Of a DNA stretch of 64,000 bases, positions 56,381-64,000 are shown piece by piece. Source of the DNA: a virus; the IMG/VR virus record IMGVR_UViG_3300035670_000179, positions 2,501 to 66,500 of that record, one strand, 5' to 3'. The notes under the pieces are model-generated. The model saw only the letters and a list, made by a program, of their open reading frames with translations. It was not told the DNA's origin and ran no database searches. How positions within the stretch are numbered: the first letter of the stretch is position 1; the number at the start of each line of letters is the position of its first letter. The position numbers and the translations under genes were made by a program.

Positions 56381-56815
56381 ATGGCATATAAGGGAAAATT
56401 TCAACCCTCATACCCAAAAAAATATAAAGGCGACCCTACAAATATCGTCTATCGTTCTTTGTGGGAAAGAAAGTTTATGGTGTATTGTGATAAGAATGAA
56501 AATGTCTTGGAGTGGGGAAGTGAAGAGATAATGCTGCCATATCGTTCCCCAGTTGATGGAAAAATACACAGATACTTTCCTGACTTTTATATTAAAGTAA
56601 AAGAAAGTACAGGAGAAATAAAAAAGTATCTAATAGAAATAAAACCTAAAAAGCAAACAGTAAAACCAAAAGTTCCTAAGAGACAAACAAAAGGATACCT
56701 TTATGAGGTTTATGAGTATGCCAAAAATCAATCTAAATGGGAAGCAGCAAAAGAATATTGTAAAGATAGAAATTGGATATTCAAAGTCCTTACCGAAGAT
56801 GACCTAGGAGTATGA
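56381..56815 (+). CDS. gp4: head completion nuclease gp4
   Basis: MAYKGKF.P..PKKYKGDPTNI.YRSLWE...W.SEE...PY.SP.D...HRYFPDF...EIKP..Q...N..KW.AA. Confidence 0.92.
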   Translation: MAYKGKFQPSYPKKYKGDPTNIVYRSLWERKFMVYCDKNENVLEWGSEEIMLPYRSPVDGKIHRYFPDFYIKVKESTGEIKKYLIEIKPKKQTVKPKVPKRQTKGYLYEVYEYAKNQSKWEAAKEYCKDRNWIFKVLTEDDLGV

Positions 56816-57159
56816 ATAGAATTAGACCTGTTCTCAAAAATATTACAGGAAAAGAAGACCCTGATGATTTAATGCAGGAGATATTAGGAGTATTGAAAAT
56901 AACCACACCAGTTCCTGATGTTGGTAAGTATTATACTTTTGTATATTCTCCAAAAACTGATAATTTACAGTATGATGAATATCCTTTAGTAGCAGTAACT
57001 GATATTTTTCAGTGGGGATTTCGTGGTATAAATTTTCACTGGGGAGGACCAAGACAATATACTTGGGTAGAAATAGTTGGAAACTTACATCTTGTCTATC
57101 CACAAGAATTTGGTGACTTGAGAACAATACCTTATGGAAAAATCAAACTTAAGAGATAA
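56812..57159 (+). CDS. DNA end protector gp2-like short protein
   Basis: GKYYTFVY.PKT...YDEYPLV......GF.GINFHW. Confidence 0.65.
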   Translation: MNRIRPVLKNITGKEDPDDLMQEILGVLKITTPVPDVGKYYTFVYSPKTDNLQYDEYPLVAVTDIFQWGFRGINFHWGGPRQYTWVEIVGNLHLVYPQEFGDLRTIPYGKIKLKR

Positions 57160-57176
57160 ATAACTAAAAAAAGTAA

Positions 57177-58049
57177 ATGACAGTACCTCCATTACTAAGG
57201 TATCCAATCAAAAAACTAGATTCTGATGATTTCATTAAGATTGATATTTACGAATATCAACCAGGAACTCTTCCTACTGAAGCTTCATTTAGCACTACTC
57301 CAGGAGGAATTAGAGGAGCAATAAAACAAACTATTATATTGCCCATGACAGAATCTATTCCACAAAATACATTATCAACAGTTTGGGGAGAAGATAGATT
57401 AGGTCCATTACAAGCTGGGGCATTTGCTGTTGCAACTGAAGCATTAGAATCTCCCGGTGCTGGTATTGCGGAATTTCAACAACAAATCCAGAAAGTAGGA
57501 GATGCTTTAAATACTAGTCTTGGTTCAAAAGTAGCATCTTCGGCACTGGCACAATCTATACTTAAAAGTATTGGTGTACAAAATGCGGGTTCCATTTTAT
57601 CTAGAACTGGTGGTATAGTCTTTAATGAAAATGTAGAACTTTTGTTTCAAGGAGTAACATTAAGAGGTCCATTTGGTTTTGTTTTTACTATGACACCTCG
57701 TTCACAAAAAGAATCTCAGACCATAAAAAATATTATTCTTTCACTTAAAAAGGCTATGACTCCCAACAGAGGAACAGTTGCTGGAGCAGGAGCAGGTCTT
57801 CTTTTAAAGGCACCAGATGTATTTAAAATATCATATAAAAGTGCAAATAAAGACCACCCATTTATGAATAGATTTAAAGTATGTGCTTTGAAAGATTTAT
57901 CAGTTGACTACACTCCCGATGGAGTCTATATGACATATAAAGACTCTACTCCAGTTAACATAACACTTTCATTAACATTTCAAGAACTTACTCCAATTTA
58001 TCGTGAAGATTATGATAAGGATGAAGGACTAATCGGACTAGGATACTAA
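57177..58049 (+). CDS. gp48: baseplate tail tube cap gp48
   Basis: LRYP...I.LP...N.N.ELLF.G..LR.F.F.F...PRS..E...I..II...P..F.I.Y...CAL....V.YTPDG...L.FQEL. Confidence 0.88.
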   Translation: MTVPPLLRYPIKKLDSDDFIKIDIYEYQPGTLPTEASFSTTPGGIRGAIKQTIILPMTESIPQNTLSTVWGEDRLGPLQAGAFAVATEALESPGAGIAEFQQQIQKVGDALNTSLGSKVASSALAQSILKSIGVQNAGSILSRTGGIVFNENVELLFQGVTLRGPFGFVFTMTPRSQKESQTIKNIILSLKKAMTPNRGTVAGAGAGLLLKAPDVFKISYKSANKDHPFMNRFKVCALKDLSVDYTPDGVYMTYKDSTPVNITLSLTFQELTPIYREDYDKDEGLIGLGY

Positions 58050-58050
58050 A

Positions 58051-59151
58051 ATGACTTATTTCAGAGAGTTACCAGACTTAGAATATCAATCATTTTTATC
58101 TGATAGGCAGAGGTCTAATGATTATGTGCGTGTTAAAAACTTATTCAGAAGAGCAAAACTTCGTGATGATTTAAATAATGTTCTTACAGTTTTTGATAAG
58201 TATCAAATACCTGATGGATATAGACCAGATAACGTTGCTGAAGAATTATATGGAAGTGCAGAATATGATTGGGTAGTTTTAATTAGTGCTGGAATTGTAA
58301 ACGTAAGAGATGAGTGGCCAATTTCAGATGGTGATTTATATTCATATGTTGAATCTAAGTATGGTAATGAACTATATGGAACTCATCATTACATTACAAA
58401 AGAAGTAAAAGATTCTGGTGGAAGAATTATTATGAATGAAGGTAGATTAGTCAATAATATTATACAATTACCTTATCCATCGTATTTTCCCGAAATTGGT
58501 CCTGATGTAATTGATATTGGAATAAATGAAACATTAGACACAGTATTTGGGAACCTATATCTTCACGATATCAGCACTATTGTAAAAACAGAAGATTACG
58601 GAACATTTACAATTGACGAAGAACAAAATATTTGGACATACGCTATAAATTTAGAGTCTCTTGAAGGACTAGAATTCTTCGATGATGAAGCAATGGTAAC
58701 AGATACACTACAATATATTGCAGTTGATGGGTATCTAAAAACATTCAAAATAGATACAAAGGTATTTAAAAATGAAGAGGATATAGATGTTGAATTTTTA
58801 GTTGATGATAGTAGTATTAATTCAACTCAAGTATCATATGTAACTTATTACGATAGTATAACAACATCATATACAACTTCTTATAATATAACGATACCCG
58901 TTTCAAACTACGAATATGAAGTTGAATTGAATAATCAAAAAAGAAGTATTTTTGTTCTAAAACCTTTCTACTTACAGCAATTTATTAATGATACTAGAGA
59001 TATAATGACTTATAAGAGGTCTTCACAACTTGTTGAAGACCGTAATGGGGATGATATTATCAGAACTGAAAATACAAGAACAACTATGCCTTATGGTTCA
59101 ACATTCCCAAGAGAATCTCCAAGTGAGGTAATTAGAATAGAACTAGCATAA
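58051..59151 (+). CDS. gp53: baseplate wedge gp53 with inserted VCBS-like domain
   Basis: YFRELP..EY...VKNLFRR...RPD.VA.ELYG...YDWVVL...EWP...HHY.T.EV; SNYEYE...N..KR.I.VLKP. Confidence 0.88.
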   Translation: MTYFRELPDLEYQSFLSDRQRSNDYVRVKNLFRRAKLRDDLNNVLTVFDKYQIPDGYRPDNVAEELYGSAEYDWVVLISAGIVNVRDEWPISDGDLYSYVESKYGNELYGTHHYITKEVKDSGGRIIMNEGRLVNNIIQLPYPSYFPEIGPDVIDIGINETLDTVFGNLYLHDISTIVKTEDYGTFTIDEEQNIWTYAINLESLEGLEFFDDEAMVTDTLQYIAVDGYLKTFKIDTKVFKNEEDIDVEFLVDDSSINSTQVSYVTYYDSITTSYTTSYNITIPVSNYEYEVELNNQKRSIFVLKPFYLQQFINDTRDIMTYKRSSQLVEDRNGDDIIRTENTRTTMPYGSTFPRESPSEVIRIELA

Positions 59152-59186
59152 AAAAACTCCCCCTTTCGGGGGAGAATTTTTTTTTT
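59150..59186. terminator. bidirectional rho-independent terminator
   Basis: A7-CTCCCCC-TTTC-GGGGGAG-AA-T10 between convergent gp53 and gp32. Confidence 0.9.
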
Positions 59187-59192
59187 AGTTAA

Positions 59193-60110
59193 TCACTCTT
59201 CGGCAAGACGAGCAAAGTATGATAGCGTATCATCATCTTCGTCTTCATAAGAAGAACTACTTGAAGAAAGACTGTTCAGTTCGCTCCTGAGGTCTTCGGT
59301 AAGAGGAGGAGCATAAGAACCTTCATCTTCACCTTCTTCTTCAACGCTTACGCTGTTGCGGGTAGAAGAACCTTTGATACCCAGAGTGTAGTCAAGACGC
59401 TTCTTGAGTTCTTCATAACTCTTGTACTCGCTAGGAGAAACAAACTCACTCAGGGAGTATTCTTTCTTCCAGAGTGCCTCAAGCACTTCGTCATCATCAT
59501 GGAGTGCTGATGGTGCTGCAAATTCACTTGAATCATAGTTACGATAACCAGCAACATTCTTTGCTTTCAGTTTGAAGTTAGCACCATTCCAGAAATCAAA
59601 TGGGTCGATTGCTTGCTCATCTTCAAACTCAGGTTGCATAGCAGCGGTGAGTTTGTCAAAGATTTTCTTACCATACTTGAAGAGGAAAACCTTACCTTCG
59701 TTTTCTGGATTTGCAGGGTCTTTTACAACATAGATATTGCTTACATAAGTCAGCTTACGCTTCTGCTTACGGGCAATTTCCTTGTTTGCATCTACACCAG
59801 AATTCCAAAGAGTTGAGTTGTGCTCACAAACAGGGCACTTTTGATTTAGAGTTGTTAGGCAGTTATCAATCAACCAACCACCAGGACCTTGAAAGGCGTG
59901 TGAATATACTTTCACAAATGGTAGGTCTTCACCATCAGGTGCAGGGAGAAAACGAATAACTGCATATCCATTACCAGTTTTATCACACTCAAGTTTCCAA
60001 ACACGGTCATCAGAAGAACCGCCAGAGTTATTCATTTTTTCTACTTCTTTCACCAGTTTTTCGGTGAGAGAACCTAGTTTTGATTGCTTTTTAAGATTTG
60101 AAAAGGACAT
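59193..60110 (-). CDS. gp32: single-stranded DNA-binding protein gp32
   Basis: DDR.WK...DK.GNGYAVIRFLP...HAFQGPGGW.I.NC.TT...CPVCE...DPFDFW.GANFKLK; acidic tail. Confidence 0.96.
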   Translation of the reverse strand: MSFSNLKKQSKLGSLTEKLVKEVEKMNNSGGSSDDRVWKLECDKTGNGYAVIRFLPAPDGEDLPFVKVYSHAFQGPGGWLIDNCLTTLNQKCPVCEHNSTLWNSGVDANKEIARKQKRKLTYVSNIYVVKDPANPENEGKVFLFKYGKKIFDKLTAAMQPEFEDEQAIDPFDFWNGANFKLKAKNVAGYRNYDSSEFAAPSALHDDDEVLEALWKKEYSLSEFVSPSEYKSYEELKKRLDYTLGIKGSSTRNSVSVEEEGEDEGSYAPPLTEDLRSELNSLSSSSSSYEDEDDDTLSYFARLAEE

Positions 60111-60151
60111 TAGATACCTCAGATTAATTGGATTCGGGGGATTACTTGGAT

Positions 60152-60180
60152 ATTCTAGCAGGGTCTGCCTCAGGTGTCAA
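60152..60180 (-). promoter_or_regulatory. sigma70-type promoter of gp32
   Basis: TTGACA-N17-TAGAAT. Confidence 0.8.
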
Positions 60181-60502
60181 TATGTTTTTTGAGCGATTCG
60201 ATTGTTTTTGCCATACTGCCGAATAAGACATTCATATCAGTATCTGGAGGAAACCCCATAATAACGATTGATTTTTTGAGACTCTCTTTCATTTCTAGTG
60301 CCTTAGGGTCATCAGAAAGTGAAAGGCGAGTATACATAATCTTCTGCTTTTCTATCAGAAGCGTCAATTTTTCAATATGTTCCATCTTTTCTTCTTTGGT
60401 CATAAAACCAAAATTTAAGACATTCTTATAAATGTCTTCTTGAAGAAAATTGATTTCTTTTAACTCATTTTGTATGATATCAGAATCAAAGAAATTAGAC
60501 AT
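60170..60502 (-). CDS. cyanophage protein (DUF1825-like)
   Basis: FFDSDIIQ.E...Q...Y.RLSLSDDP.A..MK. Confidence 0.75.
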   Translation of the reverse strand: MSNFFDSDIIQNELKEINFLQEDIYKNVLNFGFMTKEEKMEHIEKLTLLIEKQKIMYTRLSLSDDPKALEMKESLKKSIVIMGFPPDTDMNVLFGSMAKTIESLKKHIDT

Positions 60503-61094
60503 TTAGGATAGTCCTTAAAATTTTTCTATACTGGAACACATCAATATTTAGAAAAGAAGAATACTTTTTGATTTTCAAACTTACGGTTTCCCACACAGGG
60601 TCAAGTATCTTCTTATCAAATTCGCTAGAATAACGAAATATCTTATCATAGATTACCATAGTTTCTGGAGATATATTACCACCCAGAAATTTCTTTAGAA
60701 TAATCGGATGAGACTTTGAACAGTCAAAAATATTTTCTAATTTTTCCTCAGAGAAAAGATTTTCAGACTCTTCTTTAAAAATATAAGTCATACTTTGCTG
60801 GCGTCTTTTCCAGTCAGTATAATTCCTTTCTCCTGAGTTGATAATTTCGCCAATCCATACGCTTGATGGATTATCAGACGCAATAAAGTTGGATACAAAG
60901 TATTCAATAATTTCTTCGTCACTCATTTTGCGACTAGTTTTCTCAAAGAAATACTTATCCTTTCTTTTATTAAAGGATGCTATAGATGCTCTTGATTTTC
61001 CACCATACTTAAAAAAGTCATATTTACGACTTGTAAAATGACTTTTAATTGATAAGTATGTTTTGTATGTTTCAAAGGGTGTCACTTTAATCAT
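60495..61094 (-). CDS. gp59: helicase loader gp59
   Basis: YK.YL..K.HFT..KYDFFKY.GK.R....F.KRKD.YFF.K. Confidence 0.88.
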   Translation of the reverse strand: MIKVTPFETYKTYLSIKSHFTSRKYDFFKYGGKSRASIASFNKRKDKYFFEKTSRKMSDEEIIEYFVSNFIASDNPSSVWIGEIINSGERNYTDWKRRQQSMTYIFKEESENLFSEEKLENIFDCSKSHPIILKKFLGGNISPETMVIYDKIFRYSSEFDKKILDPVWETVSLKIKKYSSFLNIDVFQYRKILRTILNV

Positions 61095-61266
61095 TTACTC
61101 TTTCAAAGTTTTCAATTTGCTCTACAGAAACAGTATGCTTATTGTTAATTCGATACCAATATGTTCCTTCACCTTCACCCAGATATTTGATTTCAGACTT
61201 AGGAATGTTATTTTCTCTAATTGCAGCCTGAATCTTATAATGCATCAATTTAGAATGACTAATCAT
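61087..61266 (-). CDS. small hypothetical protein
   Basis: Start MISHSKLMHYKIQAAIRE overlaps the gp33 stop. Confidence 0.65.
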   Translation of the reverse strand: MISHSKLMHYKIQAAIRENNIPKSEIKYLGEGEGTYWYRINNKHTVSVEQIENFERVND

Positions 61267-61550
61267 AATGGAAGTTTTGCTCTGGTAGTTTTTTTCATAA
61301 AGTTTAGACGGATTGCATCCCATTTCAAACGCTCTTTGAGAGGTTTTGAAATGAGTTTTGTTACGGATTCAATCTCTAGATTATTGTTTTCACAATACAT
61401 TACGATTGCATCAATATAATTGATGTTTTCTTCGGCAACAATTTTTTCAATCTCTAAAGCAAACTTAGATGGTGTTAAGAACTTATCTTCGATTGCTTTT
61501 TCTAAGCTTTCTTTTCCATAAAATTCTGTATCGCTAGTTTTTTGTTCCAT
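61263..61550 (-). CDS. gp33: late transcription co-activator gp33
   Basis: F...IE.IV....NYIDAIV.YCE.N..E.E...KLISKPLKE.LK.DA..LNF. Confidence 0.88.
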   Translation of the reverse strand: MEQKTSDTEFYGKESLEKAIEDKFLTPSKFALEIEKIVAEENINYIDAIVMYCENNNLEIESVTKLISKPLKERLKWDAIRLNFMKKTTRAKLPL

Positions 61551-62220
61551 AGAGTTCCAGTTTATCTCTAACAAACTTTCTAATATATTCGGTGAGTAGT
61601 TTGATGTACTTTGATTTGTTGTATTCTTCATAGACGACGCATTCTCCATTTTCACAAGCCATTAAAATTACAAGTTTTTTTACAGGAATACCAGTAAGTT
61701 CATAAAACATACAGGCATAGGCAGCACACTGAACAAAATAGTGTTCAATCCATTCTCTAGGTTTTGCTTTTTTTGAAGTCTTAAAGTCAATTATAGCAAG
61801 CTCTCCGTTGTATTCTGCAATACAATCTACAGTCCCTGCAATCCCTAATTGCCTACTATATAGGGAACCTTCAAGAGCGTAAATATTATTTATCTTATTC
61901 AGTTCTGTTTTTAAAATCTTAAACAGAAATTCTGAAATCGGAAGAATATCGGATTCACAATTAGAGTTTTTTAAATACATCTCTACAAGAGTGTGCATAT
62001 CCGTGCCACGACTAGTTGCCTGTTTCGTAACACGGTTTGCTTCCTCTTCTCCTACCTTCTTTCTCCAACCCTCAAAAATGTGTTTGTTAAAGTGACTGGT
62101 GACTGAAGTAATAGAGACCAACTTTAGCAGTTGGTCTTCATCTGAAACTTTATAATAACGCACACCATCTATAGTTTCCCTATCGAGTTGGGGAAGTTCA
62201 ATATCAATATGTTTAAACAT
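61534..62220 (-). CDS. PD-(D/E)XK exonuclease
   Basis: SITSV...RGT.MH..E...AG.VDCIAEY.GELAIIDFKTS...YF.Q..AYA. Confidence 0.88.
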   Translation of the reverse strand: MFKHIDIELPQLDRETIDGVRYYKVSDEDQLLKLVSITSVTSHFNKHIFEGWRKKVGEEEANRVTKQATSRGTDMHTLVEMYLKNSNCESDILPISEFLFKILKTELNKINNIYALEGSLYSRQLGIAGTVDCIAEYNGELAIIDFKTSKKAKPREWIEHYFVQCAAYACMFYELTGIPVKKLVILMACENGECVVYEEYNKSKYIKLLTEYIRKFVRDKLELYGTKN

Positions 62221-62972
62221 TAAAAACCAGCTTCCATTTTTGCTACAATATACTCTTTAACAAGACCTGAACGAACAATATCATCAACGCCAAACTCAAT
62301 TACATCAAAAGAAGGCATCGCTCTAATAATTTTCATAAAATCAACAATACCATTACGGTCATTAGTCTTGATTAAGTCTGTTTGAGTTGCGTCTCCACAA
62401 AACATAATTTTTGAATTTTCCCCAACTCTTGTAATAATACTATCAAGTTCGTGAAAAGTCAAATTCTGGAACTCATCTACGATAATGATAGCATTATCAA
62501 GAGTGGTTCCACGAAGAAAAGAAGTGCTCCAGAACTTTATCGTTTCTTGTGCCTTAAGACCACCATAAAGCATTTCAAAATCAGCATCAGAAGGCATTTG
62601 GAACATATACTTTACCATATTCTTATATGGAATTTGATAAAGTGAAGATTTGTCCTCATGGTCTCCAGGAAGAAAACCAATCTCTCTTGTAGCAACTAAA
62701 GAACGGACAAGATATACTCTTTCGTAAGGTGTTCTTTCGTTTAAGACTTCTCTAAGAGCATTATAGAGTGTGATGAATGTTTTACCAGTTCCAGCACATC
62801 CATAAGCTACAATATGTTTTCCTTCATCATATGAATCAAAAAGTCTTTTTTGATTTTCTGTGAGAGGGTCAATATTGATTAGTAGTTCACTATTTAATGG
62901 TTTCCTTCTCTTCATTTGTTTTGTAGTAAGACCAACACCGATTGGTTGTTCTGTTCTTCTTTTTCTTGCCAT
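62220..62972 (-). CDS. phoH: PhoH family ATPase
   Basis: GCAGTGKT, REIGFLPGD, SFLRGTT.D..IIVDEFQN, GDATQTD, DIVRSGLVKE. Confidence 0.96.
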   Translation of the reverse strand: MARKRRTEQPIGVGLTTKQMKRRKPLNSELLINIDPLTENQKRLFDSYDEGKHIVAYGCAGTGKTFITLYNALREVLNERTPYERVYLVRSLVATREIGFLPGDHEDKSSLYQIPYKNMVKYMFQMPSDADFEMLYGGLKAQETIKFWSTSFLRGTTLDNAIIIVDEFQNLTFHELDSIITRVGENSKIMFCGDATQTDLIKTNDRNGIVDFMKIIRAMPSFDVIEFGVDDIVRSGLVKEYIVAKMEAGF

Positions 62973-62973
62973 A

Positions 62974-63216
62974 CTAGATTTTCTTTACGGTTGAACCAGG
63001 CATTTTTGAGGCACGTCCTAAGACATCATTCCAAGATGGGTGTTTTGACGCAAGTTTATTACGCCAATCACCCACTTCACCTGGAGTGGCACATCCCTCA
63101 GACCAATCCCTTTTCCATTCAGGATTGTCTTTATACCATTGTTGAATGTCGTGAACACTCATTTCAACAACACGTTTTTCGCCAGTTTCAACATGAATAA
63201 TAGGATAAATTGCCAT
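62974..63216 (-). CDS. small phage protein (FmdB-like)
   Basis: MAIYP...TGE..V.MS...W..DNP.W...W.DVL....K.PG. Confidence 0.7.
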   Translation of the reverse strand: MAIYPIIHVETGEKRVVEMSVHDIQQWYKDNPEWKRDWSEGCATPGEVGDWRNKLASKHPSWNDVLGRASKMPGSTVKKI

Positions 63217-63245
63217 AAGTTACGAAATCAAGATAAATTTATTTA

Positions 63246-63998
63246 TCAGGGACTTAGACGTGCTTTATGAAGCCTCTTCTCCTCATAATACTTCCAAATA
63301 TGAGGTGCCCACTTTTCAAGATGAGGAACAAGTTGTTCGCAAAGTGCTTGAATTTCTAATTGGGCATCCATCTTTGCTCGCAAATCCATAATATGGAGGA
63401 CAGAACGCAGATTAAAAGAAACCACAAAGTTCTGACGAATTGCTTGTGCAAGATAATCCCTAATGTGTTCTTCACACATTCCTCTTTCGTATTTTGAGGC
63501 ATAACGCTTACAACCTTCGTAAATGAAATCTAGTTCATCCTGATAGTCATTCAACGTCCATTCATACTTCTTACCATAACGATTGGTATAGAAACCAGGA
63601 GGACGAACATAGAATACATCCTCAGGATTAAGTTCTCCACTCGCAACCTTTACGACACGCTTACCAGTATAACGCTGGGACTGAACATCAAAGGTTACTC
63701 CAACACGATGAGTTCGTGCCTGCATCGCTACGTTATGGACATACCCTGAAACAGAGAATGTGATACCAGGATGCTCTAGTGGTCCCCAATGCCCCTTCTC
63801 GTTGCTCAGGAGACGTTCTACGACCCACTCACCACACTTAGCAGGGTTTGGGATTTCCTGTTCGTGAATAGGGGTTTCTGAGTAGTCACACTTTGCTGCC
63901 TGATAGATGACTTGCTCAGGGATAGCATAGCACTGCAGAACTTGAACCTGCAGGTTTTTATCAAATTCTAGAAGGTCTTTTGCTTTAATAGGTTTCAT
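63246..63998 (-). CDS. thyX: FAD-dependent thymidylate synthase
   Basis: GHWGPLEH, QARTHR.GV.FDVQSQRY, FNLRS..H..DLR...DAQLEIQ. Confidence 0.93.
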   Translation of the reverse strand: MKPIKAKDLLEFDKNLQVQVLQCYAIPEQVIYQAAKCDYSETPIHEQEIPNPAKCGEWVVERLLSNEKGHWGPLEHPGITFSVSGYVHNVAMQARTHRVGVTFDVQSQRYTGKRVVKVASGELNPEDVFYVRPPGFYTNRYGKKYEWTLNDYQDELDFIYEGCKRYASKYERGMCEEHIRDYLAQAIRQNFVVSFNLRSVLHIMDLRAKMDAQLEIQALCEQLVPHLEKWAPHIWKYYEEKRLHKARLSP

Positions 63999-64000
63999 TT

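Noticed and set aside
1-64000. Stop-codon reassignment or introns/inteins in core genes
   Set aside because: Core genes (thyX, phoH, gp32, gp59, gp26, gp4) are full length under the standard code, and TAA, TAG and TGA all serve as stops.

Overview
A 64 kb segment of a large T4-like cyanomyovirus genome (Kyanoviridae-like; possibly freshwater), almost entirely on the - strand. From right to left: thyX, phoH, exonuclease, gp33, gp59 and gp32; a short + strand block (gp4, gp2-like, gp48, gp53); a baseplate/tail module (tail-tube-like gene, gp26, gp51, two tape-measure-like/lytic proteins, hub, split gp5); a ~38 kb island of fibre/adhesin genes (8.9-46.6 kb) with ~2,000 residues of proline-poor (Gly-X-Gln)n collagen, many small lectin/C1q/CBM head proteins and a tRNA-Leu(CAA); and an early/accessory region (SF2 helicase, three 2OG-Fe(II) oxygenases, HNH-AP2 endonuclease, metallophosphoesterase, small ORFs). 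The strongest lead is a canonical -1 frameshift signal (internal GGAGG, 10 nt spacer, T_TTT_TTC) that would fuse gp26 to gp51 directly upstream of tape-measure-like genes, as in the lambda G/GT chaperones. Other leads: a modular grammar of collagen fibres, adaptors and swappable heads; a conserved palindromic motif about 30 nt upstream of early -10 boxes; a helicase flanked by direct repeats and hairpins; and an apparently circularly permuted M23 peptidase. All calls come from reading motifs by eye; no database searches were run.
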